Below are positions 20,082 to 29,553 of a DNA stretch of 64,000 bases, one piece after another. How positions within the stretch are numbered: the first letter of the stretch is position 1; each line of letters opens with the position of its first letter. Under the pieces are notes generated by a model. The model did no database searches. It was not told the DNA's origin and was given only the letters and a program-made list of their open reading frames with translations. Source of the DNA: Candidatus Eremiobacteria bacterium (GTDB lineage: Bacteria > Vulcanimicrobiota > Vulcanimicrobiia > Vulcanimicrobiales > Vulcanimicrobiaceae); contig CAVTRC010000002.1 in the NCBI GenBank assembly GCA_963737065.1, positions 320,001-384,000 on the forward strand, read 5' to 3'. A program made the translations under genes and the position numbers.

Positions 20082-21707
20082 ATGCGTTTCACCGGTCACG
20101 TCGACCGCTTCGCGGAAGAACACTTGCCGGCGGCTAACCGGATGCCGGAAATCGTGCTCGATCCAGGCGGGCTCCGTTACCCGGATGCGATGAACGCGGC
20201 CGAATACTTTTTGGACCGGCACGTCGACGAACGGCGGGGAGAACGCCGCGCGCTCGTCGTCCCCGGCGGAAGCGATTGGACGTATCGCGATCTGCAACGC
20301 GCTGCGAATCGGATCGCGAACGTCCTCGGCGAGGACCTCGGCGTCGTCTCCGGCGATCGCGTGTTGCTGCGCGCGCCGAATTGCCCGATGCTCGCCGCAT
20401 GCTGGCTCGCGGTGCTCAAGGTGGGCGCGATCGCCGTTACGACCATGCCGCTCTATCGCTCCGCCGAGCTGCGCTACATGATCGAGAAAGCGGCCGTTAC
20501 GGTCGCGTTGTGCGACGGGGCCATATCCGGCGAGCTGGAACTTGCGTGTGCCGGACGCGACGGCGTCGCGATCTGTTCGTTCAATACGGACGACGCGCAG
20601 AGTTTGGAGGGGCGCATGGAGCGCAAATCCGATCGGTTCGTCAACGCGCAGACGGCCGCGGAAGACGTTGCCGTCATCGCGTTCACGTCCGGTACCACGG
20701 GCACGCCCAAAGCCGCAATGCATTATCATCGCGATCTCGTCGCGACGTGCGACACGTACGGCAAGCATGTGCTGCAGCCGAAGCCTGACGACGTGTTCTG
20801 CGGAAGCCCACCGGTGGCGTTCACATTCGGACTCGGCGGTTTGCTGCTCTTTCCACTGTACGCCGGCGCCGCGACGCTGCTCGTGGAAAAGGCGACGCCT
20901 GAAGAATTGTTGCGCGCGATCGATGCATCCGGCGTCACGACGATCTTCACCGCGCCGATCGCGTATCGGACGATGCTCGGATCCATCGATCGGTACGACG
21001 TTTCTTCACTGCACACGTGCGTCTCCGCCGGCGAGACGCTGCCGAAAACCGTGTTCGACGCCTGGTACGAGCGCACGCGCTTGAAAATTCTCGACGGCAT
21101 CGGCAGCACGGAGATGCTGCACATTTTTATCGGCAGTCCGCAAGACGGCGCGCGTTCGGGTTCGACCGGCCAAGCCGTGCACGGATACATCGCGGAAATT
21201 CATGACGACGACGGCATGGCATTGCCGCCCGGAGAGGTGGGAAGACTCGCGGTCAAAGGCCCGACGGGATGCAAATATCTTGATGACGAGCGGCAATCGA
21301 CGTACGTACAGCGCGGCTGGAACTACCCGGGCGACGCATACCGCATGGACGAAGGCGGTTACTATTATTACGTCGCGCGGACGGACGACATGATCGTTTC
21401 CGCCGGCTATAATGTTTCCGGACCGGAAGTGGAGCAAGCGCTGCTCATGCACGAACACGTGCGCGAAGTCGCCGTCGTAGCGAAGCCCGATCCTACGCAC
21501 GATACGCATATCGTCAAGGCGTACGTCGTCATGACGGACGAGCGACATCATACGCCGCAAAAGATCGAGGAGTTGCGGGAACATGTCAAACGCGTGATCG
21601 CGCCGTTCAAGGCGCCGCGCGAAATAGAGTTCGTTTGCGAACTTCCGCGCACGGAAACCGGTAAAGTGCAGCGTTATAAGTTGAGGCAGCGTGCGTCTGC
21701 CGAATAG
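20082..21707 (+). CDS. 2-aminobenzoate/benzoate-CoA ligase family protein
   Basis: FTSGTTGTPK, DGIGSTEMLHIF, PRTETGKVQR; cluster context. Confidence 0.9.
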   Translation: MRFTGHVDRFAEEHLPAANRMPEIVLDPGGLRYPDAMNAAEYFLDRHVDERRGERRALVVPGGSDWTYRDLQRAANRIANVLGEDLGVVSGDRVLLRAPNCPMLAACWLAVLKVGAIAVTTMPLYRSAELRYMIEKAAVTVALCDGAISGELELACAGRDGVAICSFNTDDAQSLEGRMERKSDRFVNAQTAAEDVAVIAFTSGTTGTPKAAMHYHRDLVATCDTYGKHVLQPKPDDVFCGSPPVAFTFGLGGLLLFPLYAGAATLLVEKATPEELLRAIDASGVTTIFTAPIAYRTMLGSIDRYDVSSLHTCVSAGETLPKTVFDAWYERTRLKILDGIGSTEMLHIFIGSPQDGARSGSTGQAVHGYIAEIHDDDGMALPPGEVGRLAVKGPTGCKYLDDERQSTYVQRGWNYPGDAYRMDEGGYYYYVARTDDMIVSAGYNVSGPEVEQALLMHEHVREVAVVAKPDPTHDTHIVKAYVVMTDERHHTPQKIEELREHVKRVIAPFKAPREIEFVCELPRTETGKVQRYKLRQRASAE

Positions 21708-22401
21708 CCGCGCGCTGCTCATCGTTGTTGCCGTTGGTTTTGCCTTCGCGATTGAGCGGTCACCGCTTATCGGATGGACGGGCTGCGCATTATCGATCGG
21801 CGCGTTGCTCGTCGCCACGTCGTGGATGCGGCTCTTTCCTGACGCCGCTCGGCGGCGCTGGCTTTCACGCGCATCGAACTCGCCGATCGTGCTGCAGGCG
21901 CCCTTCGAGGACCGCTGGTACGTGGCTGCGGGCGGGCCGGACCCGCGTCACAATCACCACGCAGCGCTCAGCGACCAGTGTTTTGCATACGACTTTCTGC
22001 GCGAATCCGGCGAAGCGTGGGATCAGCCGATCCTTGCACCCTGCGACGGACTGATCGTTCACGTTGAAGGCCGGCAAGACGACGCGCTGCCGAATCGAGC
22101 GCTTCGGCACCGCCGGCTCCCGTTTGGAAATTATGTGTCGATTCAAACGCCGCGCGGCTACGTTATTCTTGCGCACCTGAAAGAGGGCTCAATCACCGTG
22201 CGTCCCGGTGATACGGTGCGCGCCGGTACGCCGGTCGCCCGTTGTGGCAATTCGTGCGACACGCGCGATGCGCACCTGCATCTCCACGCCCAAGACCGGC
22301 CGAGTCGAAACGTCGACGTCGCAAACGGTATCCCGGTCGCGTTCACCGACCGCCTGCGCAGCGAACCGTTGTTACTCGAATTCGGAGACTGCCTGGGATA
22401 A
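21691..22401 (+). CDS. M23 family metallopeptidase, membrane anchored
   Basis: NHH....QCFAYD, GNYV, AHLKEGS, HLHLH. Confidence 0.8.
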   Translation: MRLPNSRALLIVVAVGFAFAIERSPLIGWTGCALSIGALLVATSWMRLFPDAARRRWLSRASNSPIVLQAPFEDRWYVAAGGPDPRHNHHAALSDQCFAYDFLRESGEAWDQPILAPCDGLIVHVEGRQDDALPNRALRHRRLPFGNYVSIQTPRGYVILAHLKEGSITVRPGDTVRAGTPVARCGNSCDTRDAHLHLHAQDRPSRNVDVANGIPVAFTDRLRSEPLLLEFGDCLG

Positions 22402-22416
22402 CGAAAGGAAGCCGCC

Positions 22417-23139
22417 ATGCGCATTCGCTCCATCCGTCGTGAAATGCGTCTCTTACGTATCTATGCGGTCGTCAGCACCCTCTTCGCTGCGGTTGCACTT
22501 CTCGGTGCCGCCGCGGCCGTGCGGGAGGTGAGCTTCGATACGTTGACCGTTCATCGAATCAACATCATGGATCGTGAAGGCAAGCTTGCGATGGTGATCG
22601 CGAGCCATGATGACGCGCCTGCGCCTATTGTTCACGGATATCGGGTAACGCGCCAGCAAGGCAACAACACCGATAACGGCATCATTCTTTTCAATAACCT
22701 CGGAGACGAACAAGGTGGACTCAGTTGGCATGCCTCCGCCGACCGTTCGCAATCCGGCGACTACCTCTCGTTCGATACCGCCAACACCGATCAACTCATT
22801 CACGTTGAAGACGGTGACGAAAATGGCCGCCACTACGCGCAGATCGTCGGGTGGGACCGGGCGCCCAATGCAGCGACGTTGTTGCTGCCGCTGATACGAC
22901 AACTGGGTGCCGCAAAAACGGCGGATGAACGGGCCGCCGTTCGTAAGCGCATGTACGGCTTAGGAATCCGAGCGCCGGAACGATTCCGCCTTGGATACGG
23001 ACGAGACGGTGACGCCGTACTTGTCCTTTCCGACAAATCAGCGACGCCGCGCATCAAGCTTTTCGTCACGCCGAGCGGCGACGCGAAACTACAATTCCTC
23101 GATGCCGCGGGTCGCGTCACCGCGCAATATCCGAAGTAA
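22417..23139 (+). CDS. Hypothetical exported protein
   Basis: RBS AAGGA, N-terminal hydrophobic segment, short beta-strand-like repeats. Confidence 0.7.
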   Translation: MRIRSIRREMRLLRIYAVVSTLFAAVALLGAAAAVREVSFDTLTVHRINIMDREGKLAMVIASHDDAPAPIVHGYRVTRQQGNNTDNGIILFNNLGDEQGGLSWHASADRSQSGDYLSFDTANTDQLIHVEDGDENGRHYAQIVGWDRAPNAATLLLPLIRQLGAAKTADERAAVRKRMYGLGIRAPERFRLGYGRDGDAVLVLSDKSATPRIKLFVTPSGDAKLQFLDAAGRVTAQYPK

Positions 23140-23170
23140 CCGCGGATATCGAGGACCGCTCGGACAATCG

Positions 23171-24178
23171 TTATAGACGTGCTTGAACGTCGCTGAAGAA
23201 CGCCGGCCACTTCGTGCAGGGCGCGAGATCCTCGCCGCCATACCACCAGAACCCCGCGCGCGTATACTGCGCAATATCCGGAAAGTGCAACGTTTGGTAA
23301 TAGTTGAAGATGCCTTCCGCCTTTGCAAGGGTTGACGGCTTGATCGGATTGTCCATCCCGATCTCGCCAAAACCGACCTTGGCATTCGGAAAGTCCGTTG
23401 CAAGCTTCTTGAAGATCGCATCCCACTGCGCCGGCGTTGGACGAATGTTGTCGTTGTCGGTCTCGTAATACGAAACGAGTACGTACTTTAGTCCCTGATG
23501 CATCGTCGCGGGAATATACCGTTCTTCCCACGGGATCATGTCGTAGCCTGGAGTAACCGTTTGGGATGGTTCGTAGTAGAGCGTCAATGCCGTCGCGCCG
23601 CCGGCCGCGGTTACGGCGTCGTACATCGCTTCGACCTTCGACATCACGTCGTCTGCCTGCGCGCTGCACTCGTCGCCACCCGAACACGTTACCCTACTTA
23701 GCCATTCGCCGTTGACTTCGTTACCGATCTCCCAGATGTCGACGCTGCTCTTGAGCGTTGAGACGTAACTCGATGTGCGCGATCTTACCCTCGCGAGCGT
23801 ATACCGCGGCATCTCCGAACTATCGATCAGTTGACCCATCGTGTGTCCGTATTGATGGAACGCTTCCATGGCCGACCTATAGCATGAGGCGGAGCCCGGA
23901 TCGAAGACGACGCGGACGGTCGGGTCGTTCAGTGCCTTCTCGGCCGTAAGCTCCGAGGACGTGGCGCCGCAGTCGTTCGAAACATTATCGAACGTAATGC
24001 CCCGCAGGTTCGAACCAACTGGAGCTAACGTCGCCGAAGCCCGCGGCGACGCGTACGATACGACGTTCGAGCGCTCCGATGCGCCGGACATTCTATCGCC
24101 CGGCGACAATGGAACGGTCCCCGACGAGCACGCAGCAAATACAAGAACAGCCGGAACGGCTGCCACCAATCGTTTCAT
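23171..24178 (-). CDS. Putative clan-A-like glycoside hydrolase lipoprotein
   Basis: Lipobox FAAC; WEIGNEVNGEW (acid/base-like) and GFGEIG (nucleophile-like). Confidence 0.65.
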   Translation of the reverse strand: MKRLVAAVPAVLVFAACSSGTVPLSPGDRMSGASERSNVVSYASPRASATLAPVGSNLRGITFDNVSNDCGATSSELTAEKALNDPTVRVVFDPGSASCYRSAMEAFHQYGHTMGQLIDSSEMPRYTLARVRSRTSSYVSTLKSSVDIWEIGNEVNGEWLSRVTCSGGDECSAQADDVMSKVEAMYDAVTAAGGATALTLYYEPSQTVTPGYDMIPWEERYIPATMHQGLKYVLVSYYETDNDNIRPTPAQWDAIFKKLATDFPNAKVGFGEIGMDNPIKPSTLAKAEGIFNYYQTLHFPDIAQYTRAGFWWYGGEDLAPCTKWPAFFSDVQARL

Positions 24179-24363
24179 TCGAAATTTTCCTAGTGGCGCG
24201 CAATGCGCCGGACTATCTATCCAAGAGCAGACGGAGATGCGAGATCTCGAATTGGAGAGCGGCTGTAGTGCGTTGCTCGGCGGAATCGCTTCCGCGCGTG
24301 AAGCAGAAGTCATGTCCCGAAAGTGCAAAGTTTTTCATACACTTTAGCGCCGGGAATGAAAAG

Positions 24364-24391
24364 AAAAAGCCGCCCCGCGGGGCGGCTTTTT
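24364..24391. terminator. Bidirectional intrinsic terminator
   Basis: Perfect palindrome AAAAAGCCGCCCCGCGGGGCGGCTTTTT. Confidence 0.85.
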
Positions 24392-24438
24392 GATAACGGC
24401 GGCGATCCGTTCGACGAACGGCGGATTTTACAAATTCT

Positions 24439-26313
24439 TCACAACGAGGATGGACTGACGAAGGTGTAGCCCAAGGCTTGGATTCCGTTGATCGTCTGTT
24501 GGAGCGGCGCCCATCCGTATGTCGGATCGTAGAAGAAGCTTGCGAAGCCATCGCGCACTGCAAGATTGAGTTGCGCTTCGTTGATGATATTCGCGGGTAA
24601 CCGGATCGGATTATTATTGAGTGAGACCGGCTCGTAATCGCCCAGATTCTCAGGCACGACCTTCGTACCGTAGACGTCTTGAACGACGTACGGAAAGAAC
24701 TGCCCGATATATGAGAGATGGTTGACCGGTTGTCCGGAGATGACGCCGTTGAAGTAGATCGATCGCTCGTACCGTTCCGGATAGACCGTCGCGATCGCGC
24801 GATAGTCGATGTCGGTCGCAAAATAATGCGGGGTCACCCACAACGAGGGTTTCGGAAAACCAACCGTTTGGAACGCCGCCGCCGCGCTGCGCACGCGGTT
24901 TAGCGTCCACGCGGTCGAGTCTTCCGCCACGGGTCCATCCCAGATCACGTTGTTCGTCGTACCGTCGACATGCACCCTAAAGAACTCGGCGTCGTCGCCG
25001 CTAGCGCCGGTATAGGGATTCTTCACGTTGCTGTACTGATGCGTCCAGCCCTCGTCGATCATCGTACCGCCGTGCGTCGTCATATATCTGAGAACCGCGT
25101 CGAAGCTGAACGCCGCAAAGAGCGGAATCGTCCGCGGAACGCCGTTGTTGTACGCGCCGAGCGGGTCCTTATACAACGGAATGACGTTGAAGCCGTACGG
25201 GATGTGCATATTGTAGAGCTTCTGCGCGATCGACAACAGTTGCGAGGCATTATCCGTCGCGTTGAGGTCCTCCAGACGAACCATCGCGCGGTGACGCGGC
25301 GTCGTCGCCGGCGCGAGCGCATCGAAAAGCATATCCTCAAATGCAATGACGCGATCCGTTTCGTTCACGAACGAGAACGGGATCTCGCCGACGTACGTTA
25401 GGTTGCCCGAACGAAGCGCCCATGGGAACATCGTCGACGGCGACGTGCTCGTATCGACCGCAGTTGCGAGCGTCGTGACGGCGGGATACCCGCCGCCTAA
25501 AATCAGCGGGTGCAAAACGCCGCCGTCATCGGCTGTCGGAACCGAGCGCGTCAGCGTCTGACCGTTGTAGACGACGTTTGTCACGTCTCCGACGCTTCCG
25601 TTCGGAGCGAAAAACGAATTTGTCGGATCCCAACCGTACTCGGTATCGAAGTTCAACGTCCCCATCTCATCGGCCATATACCAAATGTTGTCGCCGATCC
25701 AAATGACGGGCGTTGCCGCGCCCGCAACGTCACTGTAAAACGCAGCCGGGATTCCCGTCGCGTCGGCATAGTACGTCGATCCGACGTAAATCGCCGCGCT
25801 GTACTGTCCCATCTGTCCGCTCGTGTACGATCCAATCGGCTCCGTCGTCACGTTTCCGAAGTGGCCGGCTAGGTTTGCGATCGCCATGCCGTACAGCTCG
25901 CCGAGAAAGGCGAATGGTCCGGTATTGTCATAGAGCACGAGCGCCGTTGCGCTTCCTAACGCCGCTGCACGGGTTTGCCCGCGATCTGCAGTTGAGATTG
26001 CGCGGACACGAAACGCGGGTCCCGGCTGTGAAGCTGGCACGGGCTTCGAAGGTTTTTGGCGATGCGCGCGTCCCACATCGGCCGCGCGCTGTGCCGCTGC
26101 CCAGCCGCCGAGCGACGTTGAACGCAGTCCGTCATGAATAGACGATGCGACATGCCGCGGTAATGACCGCGTCAGCCCGCCTGCAAGGGGTGCTCCGCTT
26201 GTCGCCGGCGTCGTTCCCGACGTCGAGCCGCCGCCGCAATTCGCTAATATGACGATCGTTCCGCTCAAAACGCAGAGCCGAACGACGCATGTGAATGAGC
26301 GCAAATGACTCAT
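24439..26313 (-). CDS. DUF2334-type polysaccharide deacetylase-like lipoprotein
   Basis: VRLED, EGWTHQY, TPHY, PENLG, VRDGFASFFY; LANC lipobox; start uncertain. Confidence 0.75.
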   Translation of the reverse strand: MSHLRSFTCVVRLCVLSGTIVILANCGGGSTSGTTPATSGAPLAGGLTRSLPRHVASSIHDGLRSTSLGGWAAAQRAADVGRAHRQKPSKPVPASQPGPAFRVRAISTADRGQTRAAALGSATALVLYDNTGPFAFLGELYGMAIANLAGHFGNVTTEPIGSYTSGQMGQYSAAIYVGSTYYADATGIPAAFYSDVAGAATPVIWIGDNIWYMADEMGTLNFDTEYGWDPTNSFFAPNGSVGDVTNVVYNGQTLTRSVPTADDGGVLHPLILGGGYPAVTTLATAVDTSTSPSTMFPWALRSGNLTYVGEIPFSFVNETDRVIAFEDMLFDALAPATTPRHRAMVRLEDLNATDNASQLLSIAQKLYNMHIPYGFNVIPLYKDPLGAYNNGVPRTIPLFAAFSFDAVLRYMTTHGGTMIDEGWTHQYSNVKNPYTGASGDDAEFFRVHVDGTTNNVIWDGPVAEDSTAWTLNRVRSAAAAFQTVGFPKPSLWVTPHYFATDIDYRAIATVYPERYERSIYFNGVISGQPVNHLSYIGQFFPYVVQDVYGTKVVPENLGDYEPVSLNNNPIRLPANIINEAQLNLAVRDGFASFFYDPTYGWAPLQQTINGIQALGYTFVSPSSL

Positions 26314-26503
26314 TTTGTCCCACCATTGGTCGCGTGTAGGCTTTGATTCTCCCACCAACGACCACACAAGAACATCACCCAACAATCGGTGAGTCGTTAT
26401 AGCCGTATACGCGTGACGAAAGTCCCACCCCAAAAACGGGTTTCAAGTTGGGGGTAAACGGTGGCACACTAAAGCTACAAACGATACAGCGGGACGAAAT
26501 ACT

Positions 26504-28327
26504 ATGCGTTCGCTCATCACATGCTGTCTCGTCGTTATTTTCGCAGCGCTACTTACTCGCACGCCCGCGAACGCTTCCGAAGAAACGACTGTCTCCTTCG
26601 CGGATCTCGGCTACCTCCACGGTACGACGACATATGGGCCGAACCCGCATGTCGCGCTGCGTCTTCCGCTTTATCCCGGAACGCGAGACGCAGAATTGAT
26701 CGCGAACGTCACGCTTTCACCGATTGCGGACGCGCGGTCGACGGTCGTGCTGACCATCGATGGGCATCCCGTCGCGTCGAGGACCGAGGGCCAGCTCCGG
26801 AACGACCCGACGTTGACGGCAGATTTGCCGTTGGCTTCCGTTCATAAACGGTTCATCGATGTTGCAATCGACGCGTACATGTCAAACGGCGGCACGGTTT
26901 GCACCGGCCCCGACCCGCACGCCATGTGGTTACGTATCGATCCGACCTCGATGCTGAAATTTACGCGCGATCCGCAGCCGGCGACTGTGGCCACATTCTT
27001 TGACGATTATCGTGGGCGCTTCGACGTTTCGGTGGCCGGTAACGCATTGCCGAGTACACGTGCGCTCGGCATCACGATGGCGTACTGGTTGCATCAGATC
27101 AATCGATGGCGCTATGTTACGGCGCACTTCGGTACGCGCGACTCCGCTCCGCATAAGACGATCGTTGTCGGCGATTTCCTCGATGCGCTTTCCGTTTCGG
27201 GCGATACACTTCGAGTGTCGCCCGCGGGAATCCAATTGCTGGCGGCGCGAGCGAGCGATCTGATGATTTCCTCGAACGCTAAAATCGGCACGTTGACGCA
27301 ATATCCGCAAGAGTTCCATCACATCAGCTTTCAGGATATGGGCGTGCCCACGGAGTCGATTTACGACGCCGGTCTGTATGACGTGCCAATTCGATTCACG
27401 CTCGGCGAGATCGGCGGAATGCCGAACGATTTGCATTTCATCATGGACTTGACGCACTCGTCCTTCCCGAGTCAAGACCGCGCCAGCGTGGATTTGACGC
27501 TCAACGGATTCGTGGTGAATTCCTTTCCGCTCGATCCGAAGGCGCGTGAAGAGAGCTTCGACGCGCCGATCGACGACCGTTTCATTCGCGCGAGCAACGA
27601 CGTTCGCGTAACGGTGAACTACCTTCCCGGACGCCAGACGTGCGAGTCCGGACGCCCCGGGTTGCTGCTCACGATGATGCCGGATAGCGGTCTGCAGTGG
27701 CGGGCCGTGCAGCATACCGCGCCGTCGATAAGCGATTTCTTCAACAACGCGTCAGGCCGTGTCGTCGTTCTTTACACCGACGGCCACGCGCTCGCGGCAG
27801 CGTCCGATCTGCTCGACCGGATCGGCTCTATGAACGACAGCATCGCGTGGATCGACGTGCGCCCGTACACCGGGACGATCCCGGATGGCTATGACTATGC
27901 GGTCGTCGTGGGCGCTCGTTCGCGCCCCGGCAGCTATTCGTCGTACATCGACCCGTCCAAGCAGACGTTCGCATTGCGTACGTTGACCAACCGCGTCGTG
28001 TTTCGCGCGCAGTTGAACGAGTCGTACGGCGTGCTCGAAACGATCGACGCAAACAAAACACCGACACTGCTTTTCACATACATCGGCAATCCCAATATCA
28101 TGAACGGCCTTGCCGCCATCGACCGGGAAGAGCTCGCCGAAGCGCAGGCCGACGTCTTCGTGTACAGCCGCAGCGGCGTTGCGTTTAGTGCTCACGACTA
28201 CATCGTCGCATTACACACCAACCCCGCGGACAACCGGCTTGCCATCCTGCCCGTGCTGCCGTTCTTTGGACTGATCTCTGTCGTTGCATTGACGTGGGTT
28301 TCGATGCGAGCGAGGAAAGCGTCATGA
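26504..28327 (+). CDS. BcsB-like periplasmic polysaccharide synthase partner
   Basis: Signal peptide, two repeated modules starting SFADLG / SFQDMG with paired Cys, C-terminal TM anchor. Confidence 0.7.
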   Translation: MRSLITCCLVVIFAALLTRTPANASEETTVSFADLGYLHGTTTYGPNPHVALRLPLYPGTRDAELIANVTLSPIADARSTVVLTIDGHPVASRTEGQLRNDPTLTADLPLASVHKRFIDVAIDAYMSNGGTVCTGPDPHAMWLRIDPTSMLKFTRDPQPATVATFFDDYRGRFDVSVAGNALPSTRALGITMAYWLHQINRWRYVTAHFGTRDSAPHKTIVVGDFLDALSVSGDTLRVSPAGIQLLAARASDLMISSNAKIGTLTQYPQEFHHISFQDMGVPTESIYDAGLYDVPIRFTLGEIGGMPNDLHFIMDLTHSSFPSQDRASVDLTLNGFVVNSFPLDPKAREESFDAPIDDRFIRASNDVRVTVNYLPGRQTCESGRPGLLLTMMPDSGLQWRAVQHTAPSISDFFNNASGRVVVLYTDGHALAAASDLLDRIGSMNDSIAWIDVRPYTGTIPDGYDYAVVVGARSRPGSYSSYIDPSKQTFALRTLTNRVVFRAQLNESYGVLETIDANKTPTLLFTYIGNPNIMNGLAAIDREELAEAQADVFVYSRSGVAFSAHDYIVALHTNPADNRLAILPVLPFFGLISVVALTWVSMRARKAS

Positions 28328-29553
28328 TGTACACACTCGCTGCGATCGTTGCACCCGTTGATGGCGATCGAGCGCTCAAAGACCGTTTCTACGCCGCGAT
28401 GCGCGCGCGGCGGTTTCATGCAGCGCTCGACGTCGGGCGCGCATACGTGGAAAAGCACCCCGGCGACGCGCGGTTTGCACTGGACGTCGCATATGCGGCG
28501 ATCGCCGCAGGAGAGACGCAAGAGTCGATTGCGATGCTGCGTCAATTGTCGAGCTCTCCCAATGCGATGGTCGCCGGCACGTCGCAGAAACAACTGCTCG
28601 CGATGACGCAAACGGCGCCGCTCGTTTCGCCGCCGGCCTCGGCAAAGCAGCAGTTCTACGACGCGATAAGGCTACGTCGCTACCGCGCGGCGCTTTCGGA
28701 CGCCGAAACCTATCTTGCCGAACATCCCACCGATGACGCGTTTCGGCTCGACGCCGCATACGCGGCGCACAACGCCGGTGACGAAGAAACGGCTCGTGCG
28801 GACTTGCAATACTTATCGAAGTCGAGCGATCCGCGAATCTCCGCGGAAGCGACCAAACAACTGGCGCTCATTACGCCTGCGGCCGCAGGACGGGGTTATC
28901 TGTACTTCAGCGCCGACAACGAGGCACGGTTTTCGGACGTGTTCAACAGCATCAACCTCCGCTACGATCTCGGGCGCTCGCAGGTCCGTCCGTTTGCCTC
29001 ACTCGATGTCAGCTACGACACGCGTTCGGGCGTTCCCGGAATTTCACCGGTGTACAACGACAATTCGGCAGTCGTCGCGCTCGGTCTGCGGACGCCGTTC
29101 GGGCGGCTTCAGTACGGATATGTATACGCATCCGCGGGCGAGAGCATCGGATTGCGGGGAGAGCCGTCGTTCGGTGACGCGCGGTACGGTGCGGCGTATT
29201 CGCGCGACTATGGATCGATGTACCGTCCGCAACCGCACACGCAATTGTATGGGGACATTAGCGTTTACTCGCGGTATCAGGGCGACGCAATCGGGTATTT
29301 TCAGGCATCGCACGATTCGCCGATTGCGACGAGGATACGCGCAATCGGGGGCGTTTCGCTTGCGCTTGACAATCACCGCGTGTACTACAATAACTTCGCG
29401 GAAGCGTACGCGGGGATCGCGGTGCCCTTTGGGACGACGAGCCTTCGGATAGAAGGCGTAGCGGGTGAGTATTTGCCGCGAGGGATCGGCCTTCAGCGGC
29501 CATTCTATTCGACGCTGCGCGTCTTGCTCGTCTCCGGCCAATCGATTCGATGA
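28324..29553 (+). CDS. TPR plus beta-barrel outer-membrane export protein (NfrA-like role)
   Basis: Two ~80-aa helical repeats followed by Tyr-rich amphipathic strands; sits between BcsB-like and glycosyltransferase genes. Confidence 0.65.
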   Translation: MMYTLAAIVAPVDGDRALKDRFYAAMRARRFHAALDVGRAYVEKHPGDARFALDVAYAAIAAGETQESIAMLRQLSSSPNAMVAGTSQKQLLAMTQTAPLVSPPASAKQQFYDAIRLRRYRAALSDAETYLAEHPTDDAFRLDAAYAAHNAGDEETARADLQYLSKSSDPRISAEATKQLALITPAAAGRGYLYFSADNEARFSDVFNSINLRYDLGRSQVRPFASLDVSYDTRSGVPGISPVYNDNSAVVALGLRTPFGRLQYGYVYASAGESIGLRGEPSFGDARYGAAYSRDYGSMYRPQPHTQLYGDISVYSRYQGDAIGYFQASHDSPIATRIRAIGGVSLALDNHRVYYNNFAEAYAGIAVPFGTTSLRIEGVAGEYLPRGIGLQRPFYSTLRVLLVSGQSIR

